This document shows, in pieces, positions 43,753 through 56,834 of a DNA stretch of 64,000 bases; position 1 is the first letter of the stretch, and the number at the start of each line of letters is the position of its first letter. The DNA lies in NCBI GenBank assembly GCA_964016885.1, contig OZ024746.1, positions 2,170,001 through 2,234,000 of the forward strand. Direction: 5' to 3'. The position numbers were made by a program, and so were the translations under genes. The notes under the pieces were generated by a model. It was given only the letters and a program-made list of their open reading frames with translations. It made no database searches and was not told where the DNA came from. The stretch is from Eledone cirrhosa (Eukaryota).

Positions 43753-44288
43753 GGCGGTGGATTGGCAGTATCGGTAGAGGGTCGAACGCCTTGCTTTGAC
43801 GTATAGAGTTACGGCCCTTACCATTCTGAGTTCAAATCCCACCGAGGTTAACTTTGCCTTTCATCCTTACGGGCTCGATAAAATAAAGTACCAGTAATGG
43901 AGGCACATGGCTTAGTGGTTAGAGCATTGGCCTTGCAATCGAAAGGTTGTGAGTTCAATTCTCAGACTGGGTGATGTGTTGTTTCCTTAAGCAAGACACT
44001 TTATTTCACATTGCTCCAGTTTACTCAGCTGTAGAAATGAGATGATAGGACTGGGGTCCCTATCATTCCACTGTAAAGTGGACATGGAGGTGCCACGGCA
44101 AAAAAGCACCCAGCACTCACTGTAAATGAGGTTGGTGTTAGGAAGGGCATCCAGCTGTAAAAATCAAGCCAGCATCAGTTCACGTCCCACCCTTGCAAGC
44201 AGGGAAAAGTGGACGTAAAATAATGATGATGATAATAATACACTGGGATAATTGCTGGCCTTGTGCCCAAAGTAGAAACAATTATTAC
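43753..44288 (+). mobile_element. tRNA-derived SINE family A, split by a second SINE
   Basis: Box A/B-like head (ggattggcagtatcggtag, gagttcaaatccc) and central ttgcctttcatcctt..cgataaaataaagtaccag (Meta-domain-like); intact copy at 55962-56157. Confidence 0.85.
43899..44239 (+). mobile_element. tRNA-derived SINE family B with RTE-type 3' tail, nested in SINE A
   Basis: tggcttagtgg box A, gagttcaattct box B, ccttaagcaagacactt core; 3' end shared with RTE LINEs, (GAT)n tail. Confidence 0.85.
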
Positions 44289-44414
44289 ACACATACATGT
44301 ACACTTACACATATAGATATTACTTTACACTTACATTTAAATATATAGTTATTATTTTACACTTACACAGATATTACTTTGCATTTACATTTGAATATAC
44401 ATAGATATTACTTT

Positions 44415-44710
44415 GTGAAGGTGCATGGCTTAGGGGTTAAAGCATTAGGCTTTCAATCGAAAGGTTGTGAGTTCAATTCTCGGACCGGGTGATGTGTTGT
44501 TTCCTTGAGCAAGACACTGTATTTCACATTGCTCCAGTTTACTCAGCTGAAAATGTGTACCAGCAATAGTTGGAGGTTTAACTCTGCGATGGACTGGCGT
44601 CTGGTCCAGGGGGGAGTCTTGTACTCTCAGTCACTTTACGCTATGAAACCGGCATAAGCACCAGCCAAATGGGCCGTCTGGCTTAAGACAGACTTTAGAC
44701 TTTTTTTTTT
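44415..44710 (+). mobile_element. tRNA-derived SINE family B variant with T-rich tail
   Basis: Same head as 43899; flanked by agatattacttt on both sides. Confidence 0.85.
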
Positions 44711-44734
44711 AGATATTACTTTACACTTACATGC

Positions 44735-45366
44735 AGCTTATTTAGTAGAGAGGACCTAGGTGTACTGTGTGTTGACATGGGAGTAGGGCATAACTGGCCC
44801 ACATTGTCTTTCAGCTGCTCAAGATACTTTTTGGCATTTGGGTCTGACTTCATGTTTGGAATAAATTCCCCTGGCACAGTAAGTGGAGAGCCGTAGACCA
44901 TTTCCACAGAAGTGTGGATTCCTAGCATCACCCATGAGAAGTTGATTGATCTAGTTGAGCCCATTCTAGTGATGAGGGATTCCTTTAAGCAACAATGAAA
45001 TATCTCCACTAAACCATTGGCCTGGGGGTGATAGGCTGTTGTGTGTTTCATGTTGATGCCAAAATGTTCACACATATCATTCCACAGCTTCGAGCTGAAT
45101 TGAAGTCTGCAGTTGGATGACATGGTGTCTGAGACACTGAAACAGGTGACCCAGTTTGTAATGAAGGCGTAGGTAGTTTCCGTGTTGTGGAAAGGTATGG
45201 CCTCCTCAAGCGAGCAAATGAAGTGGTAGGGGGCCAACCAGGTCAGTATTGACATGGCTGAAACGAGCCTGTTGAGGTTCATAGCTGCCAAGGGTGCTTT
45301 ATTATGCTGATGGATTGTTAGCAGGAGATACAGGTTTTGGTCCACTTTCCCAAATTTGCATGACAA
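44735..45366 (-). mobile_element. Ty3/Gypsy LTR-retrotransposon integrase relic
   Basis: QFSSKLWNDMCEHFGINMKHTTAYHPQANGLVEIFH..LKESL and EMVYGSPLTVPGEF are integrase core motifs; catalytic region degraded. Confidence 0.88.
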
Positions 45367-45491
45367 CAGGCAAAGTAAATTTGCCAGTTATTTTTGTAAA
45401 TGATTAAACAATTTTAATGAAAGTTGATTGATTTTCCTTCAAATAATTTTGTATATATATATATAACAAAGAGGGTGTAGTAAGATACCAG

Positions 45492-45534
<43 letters not shown>

Positions 45535-46048
45535 TACACACACACACACAATAATGATAACTGTAAAAGAGCCCGATGTAGATGTTCAAAATTCCTTTAT
45601 TTATAAAGCTGTGATACATATTTCAATGGCTACATGATGGATCTAGTAACTCACAATGCTACATCAAAAGACAGCATCTTATCCAATAAGGTTATGTTGC
45701 CAAAACAAAATAACTTATAGACAAGGGAACGGACCGATATGATGTTTTTGCTCTGGTGGTCCATTCCCTCGTGAACTTGAGTTCCACTTTAGAGTTGTGC
45801 ACTGGTGTGGGTGTGGGGGACTGATTGACCAGCCACCACCCGTAAGTAGTTAGAACCATTGAAACAAGTCTATCAGACACATCAAAACTTCCCTCCCCCA
45901 CAGTTGGTGAGACATTTAGTTTAAGATGTTTTACTTCACTGCTGGGTTCTAGTCCAGCAGTCGCCAACAGTATTCCTGTGGCGGCATGTATCTTTCAGCC
46001 TACTCCCACAATTGTTTAGAGGGACAATGTGGGTTCTCATGCATTTGT

Positions 46049-46239
46049 GGTCAGCAAATTATATTAGAAAGAAAACACATGACGTTGAGTGCTTTATTCA
46101 TTGATCAATATATCTTATATGCAACACCAACAACCACAGTTAAATACGAAAGCCTTATAAATACAGTATCTTCGATTCCTATGCCTACTTTACGCTACTA
46201 ATGTTCTAGGAACAGCCATGAAGGTCACAGACCCCCCCC
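46049..46239 (-). mobile_element. Candidate LTR of the Gypsy relic
   Basis: Minus strand: G8 tract, TG start at 46229, TATA-like sequence, AATAAA at 46098-46093, PBS-like TGCTGACC at 46056-46049; no clean terminal CA. Confidence 0.4.
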
Positions 46240-46281
46240 TCTATGTGTGTCCATTCAAAATAAACAATGTAAGCGTGTGCA

Positions 46282-46334
<53 letters not shown>

Positions 46335-49300
46335 TATATATATATACACACACACACATTCTATCGTTTTACTAAAGGAAATGAATAATCTGTTGGGTTA
46401 AAACCATAGCAAACCAATTTATTCCACTTCTGAAATATTTGTACAACAATGGACGTGTGAAGTGAAGTACTAAGAACTGGTTTAAACTCGTTCATACAAG
46501 TAAAACACAAACACACTCGTCTACTATTTACACTAATAAAACCGATCCAACCCACACCTCTCCCAACAAACTGCCACGCAATACTTACAAGCTTCTCGTT
46601 GCCTTTGCTTAACGAGGAAAAAATGACAAAGAAAGATCAACTGCTACAGGGTTCCATTACTTTGAATATTATTAGGTTAGAAAGAAATCTTAGTAGAGAA
46701 GGATGTTAAAGACAATATAGTACCGTCGGGTCAGTTTTGATTGATCAGCCCTATGATTAAAGGTATTCCAGTCGTAACTAACTTCTGCCCTGTGTACTTC
46801 CCTTCCTTAAGACATGTACTGTGTGATATGAGGAAAATTTATCTTCGTAGAAGGAGCAACCATGTAAGAAGTTTCCTTCCTTGTTAGTTCCCGTTTAACA
46901 TAGCAAATGCGTTATAAAGACATTCTGGCCATGACCATTACGACTTTTATTTTTTTACATTATCTAATTTTCCTTCCCTTTTAAAGATGTGATTTGAGGG
47001 AAATGCTGACTAGAGTATATTATAGTATTAATGTTTGGTAAACCTGAATAGGTTGTATATAGTATTATTTACTTTATTGACCTCTGGAAGTATAAACGAC
47101 GAAGTTCACTATGATGGGATTTGAACGCAGGACTAAATTAAATATTATATAATATTTATATTATATAATATTTAGTCAGGTGTTTTTTGGGGGGGAATTC
47201 TGTAAATTTCTGATTCTTCGAGCTAACAAGGTAGTATCTACGTAGGCAAGCTGCGAGAAATAGCAACCATTATCTCTCTTAAAGCATTACTCATACCACC
47301 CTACTGTCCCATAAAAGAACTTGTTGGATAATCTATCCTGTGTTGACTGTAACTAGGGAATAGGGAACAGACTGAGTTTATTTTATTATTATACTCATTT
47401 CCGTGACGGATGTTATGGGAGTTCTAGGGTAGCACAGAAAATGACGATTTTGAAGGCCATTGTTGTTCATAACACATAGATCACAGGAAATCAGGCCTAT
47501 CAACTAACTATTCTTAAAATTATTATTATATTTACTGTTACACTTTTCTCCTGGACGGGTGTAATACTACGTAATCAGGATTGCATTGGTGCTAAAACAA
47601 TTTCCCTATCCCCATTAACATATGCAAAGCTAAAATGGCTCAACCCAACATGATGTATCAACGACCCACTACACCGACCTGTGTTAAATAAGATAAATTG
47701 AAGTTAAATTAGAGAACAAAATGCATTATTTTGGTGAAGTAAATTAAAAAAAAAGTACTATATACATAAGCATATTGATAAAAGTCGGTGATATCGGTGC
47801 GTAGAACAAAAATCCCTTGTGTTATGGTTACGTGCTTTTACACCCCAATTGATTTTACTTTTCGTCCTTTGCGAGATCGATAAAATAAAGTTCCAAAGTA
47901 TTGGGGTTGACAATCGATTTACTGTAAACATCAATTCTAAGTCAGATCTAATCTAACATATTTATAATCAAAGGCATTCCAGCCATACACATCCCATCTT
48001 TTATCAGTCATAGTGGATCTGGAAGTACACTATATAGTATTTGTTCCTTTTTAATAGGATAGGGTTTGATTTGAGGGAGATTTAGTTGTTATTTCTAGCA
48101 GGTCGAGTTAAAAGGCGATAGCAGCCCAACAACCGAGAGTTAACTAATGAAATAAGGGGGATAACTCAACAAATGACGCACACAAAAAATGTCAATGAAG
48201 AGATTTGCTGTGTAGGGAGATAAATATTTTAATTTTGCTTATTTTGATTTTAAAAACTTTTGTGAAAAGGGGATTTTTCTTTTAAAACAAAAATAATTTT
48301 TATTTGTATAACTCTATTACGTGTTCCAGCCGACAGGCCGAGGCCATGCTGGGGCATCGCTATTGTGTGTTTAAAATCGGATCTGAGTGTGTACCTGACC
48401 AAGACACAGTTTTACGTTGCTCCAGTCCACTTAGTTGATTCAAGGGACCAACCTTACTACACACTGAATCTCCCTGAGAACTATGTTAAGAATATAGGTG
48501 TCTGTAGAATGCTCAGCCACTTTCACGAGCCGTCCAACACGTGTATGTAGATATTAGAGCGAAGGAAAACACTATAAACTGATAGAAAAAAAATTCGTCT
48601 AGAAGATTTAAAGAATTTAAATTACATATGCAAAGAAATGTGACACAGTTGTAAATGTTTTTTAGCTACAAAAGAAATAAAACGAAAACATTGGTTCCTG
48701 GTTTTCCAAGCGAAAGAAAGAAAGGCTTATCTTAGATGACAAAATGTTGATTTTTGTATTATGGGGAATTTAAGGAACTTTTTTTTTCTACATACAATTA
48801 CTAGTCTGTATTTTTAAAATAATTGTTAGCCTAAAAATGACGATAAAAAAAGAACAACTGAATTATCAAATTGTAAGTTTATTTGGTGTTTTTTTTTTAC
48901 CGTTTTAGGTCAAAGTTAAATAGGTCGATACCCCTGAAATGAACCAATCGGAATATTGAACTCTAATAAAGAATATTTTTAAAATGTCATTTTAAACTTC
49001 TGGAAAGAAACTTTTAGATAATATCATACGCCGAATAATATTTTAATTTAGTTTCTATTTCTTAAAAGATATTGCGAAAAAGACTATACTCAAGGAAAAT
49101 ATGATTTACCTTATTCCTAAGGGTTCGTTGAATGATTGTTAGAAATAAGAACTCGTTTAAAAAGTTCAGAATTTCACTTATATTACTTCTTTATTAAATT
49201 CAAGGAAGACTATAAAATCAAAATTAAAAATTATAAAATTATCAGCTGTCAAAAAAAAAAAATATTTTAGAGAAATAACTATTTATATTCCGTTTATATA

Positions 49301-49409
49301 GTTTATAAAGTATATTTTAATCGAATAGATCCTCCTTAGATTCTTATATATAATTATAATTCTAAAAATTACAACTCATTTCTACGTCTGCCGTGACCTA
49401 ATTTAAATA

Positions 49410-49490
49410 CAAATTACGCCATTTTAAGACAATCATCTCTAATGTTCTAGTGTCACGTGCCATTCAAACTCTATTCTAATTGGTTACAAT
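49410..49490 (-). promoter_or_regulatory. Candidate core promoter motif cluster
   Basis: CGCCATTTT (YY1-like) 49417-49425, GTCACGTG E-box 49452-49459 and CCAAT (minus) 49483-49479, in a CpG-retaining region. Confidence 0.35.
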
Positions 49491-50509
49491 TAGAGGGAAT
49501 ACATTGATATTTTCCCTCTCATTTATTTCTTTATTTACTAATAATACGTCGCCTTTTATTGTTTCAGAACTTGCAAGCAATCTGCTTCAACCTTTTTTTC
49601 TGAACAAATCTTATTTAGCATCTATTTTGACCAACAAAGACAAAGCATAACGAACAAAATAGAAAAAGAAAACTTCTTAGCCCATTAAAGAGAGAGCTGA
49701 GGGAAACTCATTGCTAGGCGAGACTGTGACCTAGTTTAGTTTCTTGAAGCCATTTCATTTCACTTATGCCCTTGAGAAGGGCATAAACACTATATATTTT
49801 ATTTCTTCTCTCTTATAGTTTTAAAAAGACATGAACACTTATTCACTTTTAAATTTTATTGTCTTGGATAATGTGAGTTGGTAGAAATAGTAAAACGCCC
49901 AACTAAAATGTCCTTTGTTAGTTTCTTGACTCCTTCCCCGTCCTCAACCACAAGGTTGCTAAAATACTTAAGATCGATGTGTAAACCCCTAATTTACCAA
50001 CACGTGGTCTAATCTTATTATTTTTTTTCAAATAGCTATATATTTAGAAATTTAACAAACTGGAAGAAAAGTGATTGACAACGAATTTATTTGGAAAGTT
50101 CATGCATAGTATTACTGTAAAAGGGAATTTCCCATAGCGAATAAGACATGGCTATATTATCACGGGAAAATCCTATAACTCCAGTTTTATTTTAATATAG
50201 GAACAAAATTAATTAATCATAATATTGATATTATTAAATACAATATCGTTATAGTTAACATTTTAATTGAATATTCATTTATTTCGTATTTTAAGAATTG
50301 TTTTTATATACAAATTTCCTGAATCATATATTGACAATTATTTTCATCAACGTGGCTTTTGCTCAATAGCCAGTCCCCTAACAGCTTCACTAATTTCCTG
50401 TCTTCTATGATCTACATATAATATGGCTGAGTACTTCGTTCAAACATTGGAGTCATCACTTTTTCACCCACTGTGTTTAAACCAATATTGCCTCTCTTCA
50501 CCTTACAAT

Positions 50510-50960
50510 CAGCGCTGCCGAAAGTTTTTTTCAAAACGTACAGAATTTTACTAAATCCCCCAATTGCAATAAAAAACACTCTTTTTATACATATTTTTTG
50601 ACAACATTTATTGACAATTTAAACAAGGGCATCAAAAAGAAACGTCATCTTCCTGAGCAGATTCTGTTGTACCATTTTTTTCTCAAATAATGCTTTGCAA
50701 AGATGTTCATCGGGCTCCCACGTCGTTCAGTCGGCATGTCGTAACAAATATTTCGACCTAACAAGAACGTTAAGAGTGGAAGTTTTCAAACAATTTCTAT
50801 TCTTTCAATAAAGTGGAGAACAGAGAAAATGCGTCAAAACATGAATTTTATAAACCGATGGCAAGATCACTAAAACGTACAGCAAATTCGTCCGAACGTA
50901 CAGCGCATCAAAATTTTGAGCAAAACGTACAGTTTTGTACGAACGTACAGTCATCGTGCT
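50510..50960. mobile_element. Degenerate DNA transposon relic, possibly hAT-like
   Basis: CAGCGCTGCC end and repeated AACGTACAG subterminal-type motifs at 50535 and 50874-50950. Confidence 0.35.
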
Positions 50961-51345
50961 TACAATACATTTGAAGTTCAATTGACTTAACAATTGATAG
51001 AACTGACTTACTTTTGTCTCTTCATAGATTCTTTGACCCATTGAGACACTGCTTCTGGCTTCTATATTTATTCCACATCAAAAGGAATTGAACTCAGCAC
51101 TTTCAAACATATCAATTTACAATTCCATCCACTCTATACTATCCAATGAATGACATCTACTTAAAACTAAATGATTGCTAAGGCTGGTGACAAAATACAA
51201 ATATTCAACAACTCAACTGTAATTAAGTACACTATATATAGACTTAGCTATCCAAACTCTTGAGAACTAGCCAATAGTTTGACCAAAATAAAGGCAGCCT
51301 ATGACATAGCAATATATGAATGTACATATTCTAAAGAAGAGTATG

Positions 51346-51698
51346 AAATAATTGTTTCTACTTTTGGCACAAGGCCAGCAATTATCCCAGTGTATTACTG
51401 GTACTTTATTTTATTGACCCCGTAAGATGAAAGGCAAAGTTAATCTCGGGGGGATTTGAACTCAGACCATAAAGAGTCGTAACTCTTTGCTGCAAAGCAT
51501 GGCGTCCGATCCTCTACCAATACTGCCAATATGAAATAATTGTTTCTACTTTTGGCACAAGGCCAGCAATTACGCAGTACATTACTGGTACTTTATTTTA
51601 TCGACCCCTTAAGGATGAAAGGCAAAGTTAACCTCGACGAGATTTGAACTCTGAATGGCAAGGGCCGTAACTCTATACGTCAAAGCATGGTGTCCGAA
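51346..51698 (-). mobile_element. Two tandem SINE family A copies
   Basis: Two reverse-complement copies, each starting tatgaaataattgtttctacttttggcacaagg, suggesting one inserted in the tail of the other. Confidence 0.85.
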
Positions 51699-52319
51699 TG
51701 AAGTCAAGCAATAATATAATTATTATTCTTTTCATTTTTTTATCATTATTTTAAGTCATCTGTTAAATACACTCTAAAAGAAATGAAAATGCCTGAACAT
51801 TCCTGGTTGGTGATAGGAAGGGCATCCAGCCATAGAAAACTTGCCAGACAAAGGGTTGGGAGGACTCTCCAGTTGTGTGAATGGCATGACAATCTCTAGT
51901 GTTAGTGATAGGAAGGGCATCCAGCCGTAGAAAACTTGCCAGACAAAGGGTTAGGACGACCTTCAGTCATGTTAAAGACATGATAACCTCTCCTGAGCAC
52001 TTGGCGCAACATGAGACCATACATAAGTGCACAAGTCCCTGGTCTGCCTGGGAGATCAGTGGCTCTGCTTATGCAGACCCTCCCAACCCTTGCTAGCAGG
52101 GAAAGTGGACATTAAAACGATGATTCCTATTGATTTGTGGGAGTGAGGGAATATTGTGATATTCCTGCATTTCCTCAAAATATTGGAAAAATAAATGAAA
52201 TATCTGTAACCAGTTACTAAACCTGGGTTGCACACTCAGAGAGGAACATACCACCTGTACTATTAGCTTTATTTTATACATGTTTTAACAACATTTTACA
52301 ACAAAAGAGGAAACATCAC

Positions 52320-52960
52320 TTTGTGATTAGAATAGTAATATACATGAAGAGCAAAGTGTGAATGAACTGAGAAAGAAATTAGGCATAAGAGGGATCAGAT
52401 GCAGTGTGCTAGTGAGGAGATTGCATTGGTATGGTCATGTGATGTGTATGAAGGACGACAATTGTATAAAAAGGTGGAGGGCAATCAAAATTGATGGAAG
52501 CTATGGAGTAGGAAGACCTGGGATGAGATGATAAAAGCTGACCTTGTGCAACTGCACCTCTTAAAATCAATGACACAGGATCAAAATCTTTGGCGTTATG
52601 CAGTAATAGAAGACATGCACACGGACTCAAACATACATTTAATAAGCACTTCTTAAACACTATACCCCAACCCAATCACTTCTGTCTATACCACCCTTAT
52701 ACTGTAAAGTTATGTTGGTGTCACAACAAAAAGCACCCAGCCCACACTGTAAAGTGGTCATGTGGGTGTCATGACAAAAAGCACCCAGCACACACTGTAA
52801 ATGTGGTTGGTGTTAGGAAGGGCATCCATCCATAGAAACCTAGCCAGAAACAGTTCTACATGAGTAAGACATGGTCACCAAACCCAACTTACCTCAATTG
52901 GGACATATCCGTCTAACCCATGCTAGTGTGGAAAATGGACGTTAAACGATTATGATGATG
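52320..52960 (+). mobile_element. RTE LINE 3' fragment with 3' UTR and (GAT)n tail
   Basis: NELRKKLGIRGIRCSV..RLHWYGHVM relic; 3' UTR matches 5570-5800 reverse complement. Confidence 0.85.
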
Positions 52961-54276
52961 AATAACAAATATTAAAAGTTAATTTATTAACTCATGTTGG
53001 TTCATGTTGTTTAAAAGATTTTAGAAAAATGGGTTAGAGATGATTTTGGAAAATTATTTCCAGGTTTGTGTTGAGCTAAACAAACATAAAACCCTATCAG
53101 CAATGATTAGCAGTTCAATATTGAACTTTGGAACAAGATAAATACTGTGGCAGGTAAGCTAAGCTTTGGTGTTGCTACAACAATTCAGGTCTGTTCTGTC
53201 TTTTGTGAATCAGCTACAAATATAAGAACATTTTATTAACAGGTATTTCATTGTTTCTTCTCTTCAATGAACTCTTCTATATATATACATTTACAAAGCA
53301 TCCCTCTAACTCACCAGTATGCTGTACCTTGTTGATATAACAGTCTGGTTCTTTGAATTCACTGAACTACTCACTATATTTTTGACTTATAATTCTCATT
53401 CACTCCAAACTCTGCATGTCACACCTTTTCATACCCTTTTCATGTAGAACCACATCCTTCTGGAAGTCTTTCTTCTTTTCTTGCTTCAGTTTTCCTCTAA
53501 ACATTGACCTGTTGAAGTCCAAGCTAAATATCATTTATCAACCTTATATGTCTGGGGGAGTTCACAGGGCTATACTTCTTTACTTCAGATTAATTAAGAC
53601 TTTGTTACATCCTAAATATTTATTTCTAATTTTCTTATACCAAATAATAGTTTCGACAATTGGAAGGGAAGGGGGAAAGTTGATTAAATTGATCCCAGTG
53701 TGTTACTGGTACTTTATTTTATTAACCTTGTAAGGATGAAAGTCAAAGCTAATCTGAGTTATAAAGGGCTGTAACTATATGCTACAAAGCATGTTGTCTG
53801 ACACTCTACTGACAGCCAATCTACTTTCCTTTTTATACCAAATAATAAAAAGAAAAGTCATTTTTAAAAATGTAATGTTTCCCCCTTGTATTTTGAAGAC
53901 TTCAGGCACAAAACAAGTTTGTTTCTGTTAACATTTGATATTTTAATGTCTAACTTTTAGGTAATTGTGATCAAGTTATTATATTGAGCCAACTATGGTT
54001 CATAACAATTCTATTCTATTATGTCTGGCTGATAGATGACAGAATCAGTGGAGCATCATAATACACCATATGGTGTTTGGTTACATTCTTTTATGTTCTG
54101 ACTACTTGTTTAGTTTTATTTTGCTTTTTATCCATCTGAAGTTGATAAATACTGAGTTAATGAAATTCCCTAAAAATACATTACTTCAGTTTTATTAGTG
54201 TTAACCTCCAGACCAAGTCGTTGATAAATGTTCACTGTGATATTCAGGACATACTGCACCGATTCTTGATTGTGAG

Positions 54277-54500
54277 TTAACAGGCCACAGTCATCAGCAT
54301 ACTGGAGCTGTAAGATCCTGAAAGTCTGAGACTTGGATTGGAATTTGAATTATCCGAGATTCTACTCATCTGTGTTATGTGAGGCAGAGACAGGTTGGAG
54401 CTTGAGAACTTGGTGCCATACATTCCATTTGGGTGCTGATAGTCACCCTGGTTGAAGCCAGCAGGCCCCATTATTTGGGGAAAGCCAGAAATTTCTGATC
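54277..54500 (-). CDS. Probable terminal coding exon of an unidentified minus-strand gene
   Basis: Acceptor cttgtttgactttacAG at 54502-54501; phase-1 frame open for about 74 codons (SEISGFPQIMGPAGFNQGDYQHPNGMYG...LMTVAC*); GC above flanks; AATAAA about 80 nt past the stop; no TE similarity recognised. Confidence 0.55.
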
Positions 54501-55961
54501 CTGTAAAGTCAAACAAGTGATTTATTGAAACGGTAAGTGGAATAAATAACAAATAGATCAAATATATTAATTCAAATATTTCTTTATTTTTTGTTAGATT
54601 ATTTATTTTAAAAAGTGGTTTCTATTGACAAATGATTAGACCTGTTGATTATAAGAAAGAGAAAAATAGCAGTTGTGATGGTTGTGAACTTATTAAGTGA
54701 TTTAAGTGAAGATACAACTAGGAACTGAAAATATATTACAGACTAGCACACCATGAGCTTTCTTCTTTCTCCTCATCATTACTCGTCAGCATCATTTAAC
54801 TTGTCTTCTTTGCTAGCAAGGATTAGACATATTTGCACAGATTAAGTCAGTACTCAAGGAGAGCTACTGGCCCTTCAAATGAGCTGGAAGCCTGCATCTA
54901 ACTTACATACATTCCTGCACTCAAGCAAATGCATTTCATTGTAGCATCAGCACTAGGGGGGGTTGTCATCTCCTTCATACAGTTGAAAAGTCCTCCTGAC
55001 CCTTTGTTTGGCAGGTTTTCTCTGGCTGGATGCCCTTCCTATCACCAAATACTTTACAGAATGTACTGAGTGTGTTTATAGTGTAGATCACCAACAATAG
55101 AGAGGTTGTCATGCTATTGACACAATTGAAGAGTCTTGATATCTTTTATATAATAAGTGTGAACATTTGTGTTTTGAAATAACATTGCCATTTTTCAATG
55201 CAGCCACACAAAATTTGGCAGAGATCCAGATTCATCCCAGAATAATCCATGAATAAAAACGTCCCAACTATGAAGTAAAACTAGTGAATTAAAGAAGGGA
55301 GAAATAGAAAGACTGAAATATCTAATGGAGTGGGAGGGGGCAATTGATGAGAATTTTAAATGTTCTGAGTTATTTTTTGAATAGAAAATATATTGTATTC
55401 TAAATTAGAACACTTGCCATATTTTCCTTTAATCTTTTTAAATGTGTTGCATCTGTGTTTGCATTTGTGGGCGTTTATGTAGTATAAATTCATGTTATTT
55501 GTATGTGTGTATGTACATGTGTATATACATTCATATATCTGCATACAATGTTTGTATTCATATGCAGATGTGTTTATCAATTCATATATATACATTACAT
55601 GCTTGTATATAGATGCATAAATTTGTACCCCACCAAGGCGAACATTGCCTTTCATCCTTCTGGTATTAATAAAATAAAGCTCCACTAAAGTACCGTGGTT
55701 GATACAATCAACATTCTCCACACCACAAATGGTTGACTTTATGCCTAAATTATAAATCATTATTTAATTGTAATTTGTGTGTGAGAGACAGAATTTTTTT
55801 AGGTCCCTTTTTCTATATTTTATTGCAAACCTTTTGTTATAGAAATGTCTATAGTAACCCTTTCATCACAGTATTTTTAATGACACACACATTATTTCAA
55901 TTAATGAATAATTTAATGTGATTTACTTAAATGATTAAATTATTTCATTATTAATATACAA

Positions 55962-56157
55962 TGGCGGTGGATTGGCAGTATCGCTAGAGGGTCGGATGCC
56001 ATACTTTGTAGCATAGAGCTACGACCCTTTCCATTCTGAGCTCAAATCCCGCCAACATTAACTTTGCCTTTCATCCTTATGTGGTCGATAAAATAAAGTA
56101 CCAGTAATGCACTGGGTAATTGCTGGCCTGGTGCCAATAGTAGAAACAATTATTATT
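55962..56157 (+). mobile_element. Full-length SINE family A inserted in a family B MITE (55854-56250)
   Basis: Intact head-to-tail SINE; MITE B sequence taaccctttcatcac upstream and tttaaataggaatcctt downstream. Confidence 0.85.
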
Positions 56158-56262
56158 ATACCCTTTGTAACATAACTTAACAAATGATTCTTATATGAAA
56201 TTATTTTGGTAGATTTTAATTTAAATAGGAATCCTTCAAAATGAATAGATTACCCAAGGTAA

Positions 56263-56448
56263 ATGTGTATGTGTGTGTGTGTGTTGGTGTGTGTGTGTGT
56301 GTGTGTATGAGTGTGTGTGTGTCTTGGTGTGTGTGAGTGTGTTGGTGTGTGTGTGTGTTGGTGTGTGAGTGTGTTGGTGTGTGAGTGTGTTGGCGTGTGA
56401 GTGTGTTGGTATGTGTGAGTGTGTTGGTGTGTGTGTGTGAGAGAGAGA
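56263..56448. repeat. Compound (GT)n/(GA)n microsatellite
   Basis: Visible low-complexity run. Confidence 0.9.
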
Positions 56449-56834
56449 AGGAAGTTTTTTTAGGTTTCTGTTTCTCCATATTTTTATTACAAACCTTTCT
56501 GTTAATGATTTCTTTTGTTAATTTTCATTTATAATTTACTTAAATAATATTATAACATCTCGTAGTTTATAACCAAGCAACAACATTTGTCCAGATTTTT
56601 CAAGTACTGACTAGTATTTGTAGACAGGCTTGTTTCTATGATTTATGTCTTTATCAACAAAATTCATGTAATATTAGTTCTAGATCAAAGTTTATCTAAG
56701 GATTACTACTTATTTAGTTATTTACATAGAAGGATTCATGTTAGTTTTGAAACAGCTATATTACTTAGATAAGAAGTTCTCACTTCTTGGAACACATGAG
56801 GCAGCCAGGACAATCCAACCTTTCCTCTCCTCAG

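Noticed and set aside
43899-43975. tRNA gene
   Set aside because: Box A/B are present but it continues directly into a SINE body found in several copies; no convincing acceptor stem
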